A stretch of 64,000 bases of DNA, from assembly GCA_910588945.1 (NCBI GenBank), contig CAJUSF010000066.1, forward strand, positions 5,785 through 69,784, given 5' to 3'. The notes under the pieces were generated by a model. That model did not search any database, had not been told where the DNA came from, and saw only the letters and a list, made by a program, of their open reading frames with translations. Position 1 is the first letter of the stretch; each line of letters opens with the position of its first letter. The translations under genes were made by a program, and so were the position numbers. Shown here one piece after another: positions 57,176 to 64,000 of the stretch. This DNA comes from an uncultured Eggerthellaceae bacterium (GTDB lineage: Bacteria; Actinomycetota; Coriobacteriia; Coriobacteriales; Eggerthellaceae).

Positions 57176-57507
57176 CTCGAAGTCTTGCGGGCAAACATAA
57201 ATGCGGAAAGAGACGTATCAGGCCGAACCGATGGCATCAAACCTAATCTTTTGTAATCATCGGCTGATTTTCTGCTTGTTTAATCAGCCCTACAATCCAT
57301 ATTTTACGCTTACTTAGTACATACCCAAGCAAGACGCAGAGTAGGAATTCCTAAAAACCGCTTGCTCCATGAGGTCTCGCCAGACACTGCAACTGAATCT
57401 TTTCATTCATCACATCGTCAAACCACAAGCCGAACGAAAACGTCGACAAGTCCCAATGAAACCGACCAGAACAAGCGGTCCTTTCGACAAAGCGTTATGT
57501 GCGTTGG

Positions 57508-57846
57508 CTATGCAAGCTGCTTCGCTACCACAGCACCGACATCCTTCCACGAACAAATCTGCTCCATACCCGGCTTTGGAGAATAATCGGCCTCAAGTGC
57601 AACAACACGCACGTTATTCAACCATGCTTCATCCGTACGCATGTCGTTAGTGGAAATCGAAACAAAATTTGACTCATCATTTGAGGTGACAATGACCTCG
57701 AAACGATAATTCTTGGGAACCGAACGATGGATATGGTTACCATGCTGAGCAAGCTGAACGGCTAGATCTTCCGTCATTTCCGCAGCCAACATGTTGTATT
57801 CGAGTACATTAGCGAAAGAGGTATTGCTCCATTTTTGATAGTCCAT
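57508..57846 (-). CDS. hypothetical protein
   Basis: 112-aa ORF. GAAGGG RBS before the ATG at 57846. No family recognised. Confidence 0.5.
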   Translation of the reverse strand: MDYQKWSNTSFANVLEYNMLAAEMTEDLAVQLAQHGNHIHRSVPKNYRFEVIVTSNDESNFVSISTNDMRTDEAWLNNVRVVALEADYSPKPGMEQICSWKDVGAVVAKQLA

Positions 57847-58210
57847 GACTAACCCTTCTCGAGCGCCTGATTAATATGGCGTTCGAGCCTACCCCTCCGT
57901 TCATGGTACGTCATCATCTTTCGAATTACCAGAAATATTTTTCAAATTCTTCCGAAAAAATGTGCTATATTCAAAAAAGCGACAGCTTACATATCGAGTA
58001 AAGACTGTCGCAAATTGCGCGCATTCTAATTATCTGCCGCACCAGGTTCTTAGCGCTCGCATCGTATTGTAGGGGCAGAACGCCCATGATACGTGCGCAT
58101 TCTCTCCCTGCATAGAAGAGCTTTGATGACAGGTCGTTGCGGTGTGTCATTCTTCCGATGCATACGTCTTCACGATGCCTTCATCAAACATGAACCATAA
58201 GGGGATAATT

Positions 58211-59518
58211 ATGGAAAAATCTACTAAGAAAAAAGGAATCTTTTATGGCTACTTTGTGGTAGCTGGCCTATTTCTCATCGTTTTTGTCTGCGTCACCTTC
58301 GGCATGACAACCATGGGAACCCACTATCCTGGACTTGCAGAGCAGATGGGAACCGAAAAGGTCGCGATCAGCCAATGGACTGTTTTTGTGGGAATCGGAA
58401 CGGTTGTATCGTTGCCCTTCACAGGTCAATGGATTAAGAAAGTCGACATACGCATACCCGTCAGTTGCGCCATCGTTTTGCAGTCGCTCATTTTCTTCTG
58501 CATCTCGTTCGTAACCAATATCATCTTGTTCTATGTCTGCGCATTTCTCGTGGGCATCGCCATGGGCATTCTCATGAATCTTATGACGGCAATTGCATGC
58601 AGCCGCTGGTTTACACGCACGGCAAGCACCATGATAGGAATTGTATTTGCCGCAAGCGGCGTTGGCGGCATCGTCTTCAACCCCATGGTTGCCTACCTCA
58701 TCAAGGAATATGGAGCTGCTTTTGACTATCGCGTTGAAGCTATCATCATTCTCGTTGTCGCCCTTCCATCAGCGCTCTTCCTGCTTCGCAGTCGCCCAGA
58801 AGACAAAGGACTTACGCCGCTTGGATCCGATACCAAAGGTGTCGACACTCTTCCTAAAGCAGGTGTTATGGCTATTCAGGCATTCAAGAGTCCTTCGTTT
58901 TACTGCTTCGGATTTGTTGCCTTCGGTTCTGCCTGCCTGATGTATGGCTACCAGATGACAACTTCATACATCACCACGCTTCCGATCTATGAAGTCATGC
59001 CGCTTCTTGGTGGAACCGTCATGTCTTTTGCCTCTGCAGGCCAAACCCTAGGAAAAGTGTTTCTTGGCTGGATCGGTGATAGAAACATCACCGTCGCCTA
59101 CGGCGTTGCCATGGCATGCGGCATCATCGGACTTGCCGGTTATCTGCTTTTCACCACCGATGCTGTGTATTTCTATATAACCGGATTCTTGGTAGGCATA
59201 ACCGCTGCCGCGACCAATGTTCTCGTTCCTGCACTCTGTCGCTCGCTCTACGGCACCAAAGATTACGAAAGCATTTGGTCCGTTGCTTCCATGCTCAACA
59301 AAACCGGTGGTATTTTGCAGTCGATCATCTTCGGTGGCATTCTTGCTGCTTCAGGTGGAAGCTATCAAGTCATGTATATTTCATTTATGGTGCTGATGGC
59401 TCTTATGGTCGGCTTCACCATTGTGTCAATGATTACTTCTCGAAAGCTCCGCGCCAATTGGACAACAGTCGAAGAGGACGCTGTGAAAAAGACTCAACAA
59501 GAAGAAGCTGCCGCGTAG
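58211..59518 (+). CDS. MFS transporter
   Basis: ORF 58142..59518. The ATG at 58211 follows AAGGGGA. 12 TM segments. Confidence 0.9.
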   Translation: MEKSTKKKGIFYGYFVVAGLFLIVFVCVTFGMTTMGTHYPGLAEQMGTEKVAISQWTVFVGIGTVVSLPFTGQWIKKVDIRIPVSCAIVLQSLIFFCISFVTNIILFYVCAFLVGIAMGILMNLMTAIACSRWFTRTASTMIGIVFAASGVGGIVFNPMVAYLIKEYGAAFDYRVEAIIILVVALPSALFLLRSRPEDKGLTPLGSDTKGVDTLPKAGVMAIQAFKSPSFYCFGFVAFGSACLMYGYQMTTSYITTLPIYEVMPLLGGTVMSFASAGQTLGKVFLGWIGDRNITVAYGVAMACGIIGLAGYLLFTTDAVYFYITGFLVGITAAATNVLVPALCRSLYGTKDYESIWSVASMLNKTGGILQSIIFGGILAASGGSYQVMYISFMVLMALMVGFTIVSMITSRKLRANWTTVEEDAVKKTQQEEAAA

Positions 59519-59649
59519 TTTGTTATCTGTCATAGTTCGAAATCGAATGGATTCCGCTTAACTGACAGGCGAGACACTCCTGATTATCACAAAAACCGGC
59601 AGATCGATTTACCTAAAACGCCAAAACACGCCTATCGCGTGCATAGCCC

Positions 59650-59680
59650 GAAACAGTGCGACAGTAAGTCGCACTGTTTC
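59650..59680. terminator. bidirectional stem-loop between the convergent MFS and LuxR genes
   Basis: Perfect 13-bp stem GAAACAGTGCGAC-AGTAA-GTCGCACTGTTTC, followed by TCTTTAT. Confidence 0.7.
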
Positions 59681-59702
59681 TCTTTATGCTAGCCTCCATA
59701 CA

Positions 59703-61250
59703 TCACTGTCCCAACTCCTCTTCGTCTAACAGGCCACAAGGGGTCTCATCAGGATAATATCTATCAAGAATCGCCATAAGATCCTGCTGCGAATGCAGAT
59801 CTGCTTTTTTGTAGATGCTGTAGATATGCGACTTAACGGTATGCTCCGACACGCCGAGCTTCCCCTGGATATAATGAGCGTTGCGGCCACGCCCTAAGTA
59901 AAGCAGAACTTCTTTCTGACGCGACGTAAGATCATACTCCTGAGAAAACAAATCACAGGCAGCCTCATACGAACGCTTATCGTGATCATGTGAAGTCTGG
60001 GCATCTTCGTTTTTTCGGATGGCATCGCTTTGGAGATTATACCCGCCGCGACCGACTCCCATAAAAACCACAACGATCGCAATGCACAACATAATGAGCA
60101 CCCCGATTCGATACCCGTTTTCTACATCGCCTCTAAAAAACACATCAAAAATGAGTGCACCTACTAGCAAGCCATAGCAATACGTCAAAAAAGTACAGAA
60201 AACGGTGCGATTAAATTCGCCCGTACTACGGCTTCCAATTTTGATCGCATAACCCATCCTTGATTGAAGATAAAGCTGCGACATAATAATGGAGAGAAGC
60301 GCAGCAGCCATGCAGACTCGATTCGGAAAGAATGTCCCATATATCAAAAATGAAAATGCTGCCACTGGAAGGAATAGACGGATGCTTTCTTCAAAGTAGC
60401 TGCGTATGCCATTGCGCCTCCATATCACATAGAGCGCCACCCCAGAAGCCGCAACCACAACCGTTCCAACTTGAACAAAAACACCATCTGCACCATATAC
60501 GGAAACGTAATAAAAAGCCCACGACAGCAACAACGCATACGCAAAAACATACGAGAGTGCTTTAATAGGCAGCGATGATCCAAAAGATTCAACGCTAACT
60601 TTCATCGACGCCGCATCGGGAATCTTCAACTTACTGAAGCACGTCAGAAAAAGTAAGAGAGCATTAACTCCCAACGAAAGTACAAAAAGCAGGATCACAA
60701 AAAGAAATTGATAAGTTGACACCATACAAAAGGCTATCAGAAGCAACATGCCTGCAATCATGGAAGATTGCGCCATCACCTTGTATGAAATCGCAGCATT
60801 TCTTGTTCGAGTAATGGAAAGATAATAGCACCACAATACACCCAGAAAACCGGTTGCAGCACCCAAACAGACGCACCAAATCGCCGTCCAAGGAAAAATA
60901 AGCAAGTAGACAACAATGCCCATTATCAACAGACCTACGCAAAAGAGACTTGAGCCCAGCAGAATCAGATAGTGCGCCGCCTTCTTCGCCAAAACAAAAT
61001 AACAGAACACCAGCAAAAATACGCAGGTAAGCACCGTGAGAGTCTTTCCGCTTATCAACAGCGATAACGCCGAAAGATTCACTACGATCAACTGATCCAG
61101 AGCAGGACTTGCCAACAAGAAGAGCAACCAAGAAAGAAAGCAACTAAGCCCGATAAGTTGAACGACCGGCAATCGAAGCTCGACTCCCCCGCATTCGAGT
61201 TGAATCGCATCGCGCTCGGGCATAGCACCGAACAGTCTTCTCATATCCAT
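59703..61250 (-). CDS. LuxR-family transcriptional regulator with a polytopic N-terminal membrane domain
   Basis: 515 aa. GAAGGGGA RBS. About 10-12 TM segments. C-terminal HTH LTSRQKEVLLYLGRGRNAHYIQGKLGVSEHTVKSHIYSIYKKADL. Confidence 0.8.
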   Translation of the reverse strand: MDMRRLFGAMPERDAIQLECGGVELRLPVVQLIGLSCFLSWLLFLLASPALDQLIVVNLSALSLLISGKTLTVLTCVFLLVFCYFVLAKKAAHYLILLGSSLFCVGLLIMGIVVYLLIFPWTAIWCVCLGAATGFLGVLWCYYLSITRTRNAAISYKVMAQSSMIAGMLLLIAFCMVSTYQFLFVILLFVLSLGVNALLLFLTCFSKLKIPDAASMKVSVESFGSSLPIKALSYVFAYALLLSWAFYYVSVYGADGVFVQVGTVVVAASGVALYVIWRRNGIRSYFEESIRLFLPVAAFSFLIYGTFFPNRVCMAAALLSIIMSQLYLQSRMGYAIKIGSRSTGEFNRTVFCTFLTYCYGLLVGALIFDVFFRGDVENGYRIGVLIMLCIAIVVVFMGVGRGGYNLQSDAIRKNEDAQTSHDHDKRSYEAACDLFSQEYDLTSRQKEVLLYLGRGRNAHYIQGKLGVSEHTVKSHIYSIYKKADLHSQQDLMAILDRYYPDETPCGLLDEEELGQ

Positions 61251-61733
61251 AGTGTCCCCTTCTCAGCACGTAGCAATAAAGAACATTTACAACGGAATGC
61301 CATAAGAACCATTGAAACTCTCTTGAGGAGGAAATCTTGAAGAGACACAGTATCAGAATGGCTCTTATTCTATAACAAACCCTCATTCATTCAAGTCAAT
61401 TACCTACTTTTCAGCACATTTTTTATTGGTGAGAATACGCTTGGGTACGCGCATAAAATGCCTGTTCAGGGCGTTGACTCATTATTTGAATATGAAGCTT
61501 TTGAGCGTCATTTTACCGCACCTCATACCCTGAAAATGGCTCTGCCAAAAATTCAGATTCGTTTTCTAATTTCTTTTTCCCCAAAAGTCGAATACCGTCC
61601 GTATTGGTAGTTGGAGCCTACCCCGCCTTTTCTACCGAAATGAAACTAAAAGCAAACAGCAAAAAGGAAGGTGATGAAGCACCCGGATCACAGGTATACA
61701 CACAGATTTTTACACGACAAAGGAGGTCGAAGT

Positions 61734-64000
61734 ATGAGAAAAGAATGGAAATGGGGAACCGACGACGACTATTATGTCCGAACGTGTGGTTGGTCCCCTC
61801 CGGGAGATCATCCGGTTGGATGCGGCATGATCCTCCACGTAAAGGACGGGAAACTCGTTGATGTGGAAGGAGATCCCGAGCATCCGATATCCCAAGGACG
61901 TCTTTGTATCAGATGCTTGACTCTTCCTGAATATATTTATCATCCGCAACGTATCATCCATCCCCTCAAACGCGCCGGTGAGCGCGGGGAGAATAAGTGG
62001 CAGCGAATAACTTGGGATGAAGCCTATGACATCATTGAAGAAAAGGTCAATTTCTTCAAAGAAAACTATGGTGCCCAATCAATGATTGTCCTTGGAGGAA
62101 CCGGTCGAGAAGCCACCCTCTACTATGCACCTTTAGCCTATGCTGTACTGGGAACACCCAACTGTTCCGTACCGCTTTCAGGCAACGCCTGCTATGGCCC
62201 ACGCTGCGCCGCAACACAATTTGCTGTTGGGATCGGCTATCCCGAGATCGACTACGCTGGCTATTTTCATGAAAATAGGTATGATGATCCTCAATATAAG
62301 CTGCCCGAGTATGTTTGGATTTGGGGCAAAGAACCACTCCGATCGAACGCAGACGGCTTTTTCGGCCATGCCATCATCGACATGATGAAGCGGGGAACCC
62401 AACTCATCGTAACCGATCCTCGTGTTACTTGGCTGGCCGCCCATGCTAAGTACCATTTCCAGATCCGCCCAGGAACCGACACCGCTCTTTCTTTGGCGCT
62501 CATGAATGTCATGATCAACGAAGACATTTACGACAAAGAATTTGTGGAGTCATGGTGTTGGGGGTTCGATGATCTCAAAGAGCGCGTTCAGGAATACACT
62601 CCCGAGCGCTGCGCTGAAATCTGCGATGTTCCTGCAGAGATGATCTATGCGGCAGCACGAGATTTCTGCGCCGCTGATTCGAAGTCCATCCAATGGGGCG
62701 TAGCCACCGTTATGGCTCAAAATGGCATGCAGATCGTCCAATCGCTTCTCTACCTGATGGCCATTACGGGCATCTATGACGTTCCCGGTGGAATCACCTG
62801 CGGAAAAGTATCCAGTGCACTTGGTGCTTGGAGATACTCAACGACCGGCGAGATCTCCGAAGACCTCTGGAACATCAGAATCGGCACAAGCGAATATCCT
62901 TGCTCAGCTGTCGCCATGTCCCTGAATCAACCCGATATGGTTCTTGATGTCCTCGAATCGGAGGAGCCTTATAAGCTTCATATGGCATGGATCAACTCGA
63001 CATCGCTCATTTCATGCATCAACCAAGCACCCGATCGCTGGTACGATGCATACAAAAAGCTCGATTTCGTAGTTGTCCAAGAGCTTTTCATGACTCCGAT
63101 CGCTGCTGCCGTGGGCGACATTATCCTCCCCACTTCCACCTTCCCCGAGCATGATGGCATCGTCATGCCGCATTTTGGGCGCAACACAAACTTTATCGGC
63201 GCCATGAACAAGGCTATCGAAGTCGGCGACTGCCGCTCTGATCTCGAAGTGTGCATCACGCTTGGCAAGCGTCTCAATCCGGATGCATGGCCTTATGAGG
63301 ACGCAAAAGACTTCTTCAGCCAGCAGTTTATGGGATTCATCGGCAAGACTTTTGAAGACATCCGCGAGCTGGGCGTCTATGAACCTCCTTATGAGTACCG
63401 CAAGTATGAAAAGGGTCTTCTCCGCGCCGATGGCGATATCGGGTTTGAGACGATTACCGGCAAGGTTGAGCTGCGAGCAACGATGTTTGAGGCATGGGGT
63501 GATAACGCGTTACCGTACTACCAAGAGCCTCCATATAGCCCCGTATCCACCCCAGAATTGAGTCGTGAATATCCCTATGTACTTACAACGGGAGCGCGAC
63601 GTTTTACCGCGTTCCACTCTGAACATAAAATGATCCCAACGCTACGACATATAGATCCGTGGCCAACAGTAGAAATCAACCCACAGGATGCCGCAAAAGA
63701 AGGCATCGAGCAAAATGATTGGGTATGCGTTGAGAACAACTTCGGACAAGCAGTGCTTAGAGCCGACATCGTTCCAACCATCAAACCTGGTGTCGTACAC
63801 GGCATCCATGCTTGGTGGTATCCCGAAGAGGATATTTCAGAGCCAAATATGGGCGGCGCATGGAAGTCAAATATCAATCGCCTCATTCCCCATGAATACA
63901 TTTCCAAGCTCGGACTTGCAGCTCCACTTAAAAGCAGTATTTGCAAGATATACAAAGTGCCCGACAACAATTGGGCAAGCCATCCCGATAAGCCTTGGAA
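61734..64000 (+). CDS. cytoplasmic bis-MGD molybdopterin/tungstopterin oxidoreductase (3' end outside the window)
   Basis: Not in the ORF track because no stop occurs before 64000. The ATG at 61734 lies 8 nt after AGGAGG. My own translation reads MRKEWKWGTDDDYYVRTCGWSPPGDHPVGCGMILHVKDGKLVDVEGDPEHPISQGRLCIRCL..HPLKRAGERGENKWQRITWDEAYD. The window ends at ..SSICKIYKVPDNNWASHPDKPW, the typical C-terminal barrel. There is no twin-arginine signal. Every other ORF reported here lies in a different frame or strand. Confidence 0.85.
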   Translation, partial: MRKEWKWGTDDDYYVRTCGWSPPGDHPVGCGMILHVKDGKLVDVEGDPEHPISQGRLCIRCLTLPEYIYHPQRIIHPLKRAGERGENKWQRITWDEAYDIIEEKVNFFKENYGAQSMIVLGGTGREATLYYAPLAYAVLGTPNCSVPLSGNACYGPRCAATQFAVGIGYPEIDYAGYFHENRYDDPQYKLPEYVWIWGKEPLRSNADGFFGHAIIDMMKRGTQLIVTDPRVTWLAAHAKYHFQIRPGTDTALSLALMNVMINEDIYDKEFVESWCWGFDDLKERVQEYTPERCAEICDVPAEMIYAAARDFCAADSKSIQWGVATVMAQNGMQIVQSLLYLMAITGIYDVPGGITCGKVSSALGAWRYSTTGEISEDLWNIRIGTSEYPCSAVAMSLNQPDMVLDVLESEEPYKLHMAWINSTSLISCINQAPDRWYDAYKKLDFVVVQELFMTPIAAAVGDIILPTSTFPEHDGIVMPHFGRNTNFIGAMNKAIEVGDCRSDLEVCITLGKRLNPDAWPYEDAKDFFSQQFMGFIGKTFEDIRELGVYEPPYEYRKYEKGLLRADGDIGFETITGKVELRATMFEAWGDNALPYYQEPPYSPVSTPELSREYPYVLTTGARRFTAFHSEHKMIPTLRHIDPWPTVEINPQDAAKEGIEQNDWVCVENNFGQAVLRADIVPTIKPGVVHGIHAWWYPEEDISEPNMGGAWKSNINRLIPHEYISKLGLAAPLKSSICKIYKVPDNNWASHPDKPW

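Noticed and set aside
61604-63970. Many 60-130-aa ORFs on both strands (for example 61710..62078, 63575..63970 and 63262..63561).
   Set aside because: They lie within one uninterrupted plus-strand frame starting at 61734, which translates into a bis-MGD enzyme. The ORF track omits that frame only because it has no stop inside the window.

Overview
This 64-kb chromosomal window carries about 47 protein genes. I saw no rRNA, tRNA, CRISPR array, transposase or integrase. The gene content looks like an anaerobic gut actinobacterium of the Coriobacteriia/Eggerthellaceae type. That is inference only, based on three bis-MGD molybdoenzyme loci that each sit next to a polytopic-membrane LuxR-type regulator.

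Main blocks:
1. 37-7395: a cytoplasmic two-subunit enzyme resembling pyrogallol hydroxytransferase, divergent from a membrane LuxR, an MFS transporter and a thioesterase.
2. 7537-9574: a YtrA/GntR-ABC module.
3. 9820-17410: a TAT-exported DmsABC-type reductase with a TorD chaperone, two DmsC-like anchors and a membrane LuxR.
4. 17644-22888: an MFS-CBS fusion, a radical SAM protein, a VanZ-RDD protein and a Cys-rich protein.
5. 23189-35955: an envelope block. It holds a 1370-aa surface protein with an embedded DUF3783-like module, an AAA ATPase, two translationally coupled YhgE/Pip proteins and a divergent WYL regulator.
6. 36624-47338: housekeeping genes, including an AKR-ferredoxin fusion, a secreted Gly/Gln/Tyr-repeat protein, an NCS2 permease, csoR-copA, hemolysin III, an Isf-like flavoprotein and a TrmH methyltransferase.
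7. 47384-56400: small ORFs, an XRE regulator, an ABC transporter with an orphan histidine kinase, and a second GntR-ABC-DUF1648 operon.
8. 57508-64000: an MFS transporter, a membrane LuxR and a cytoplasmic bis-MGD enzyme that runs off the window.

The most unusual non-genic signal is a family of GTAG-headed palindromes with REP/REPIN architecture (at least 13 singlets). They are interleaved with a second, roughly 90-nt structured repeat to form mosaic arrays in several intergenic regions.

All functional calls rest on reading the supplied translations and the DNA by eye. No database search was run.
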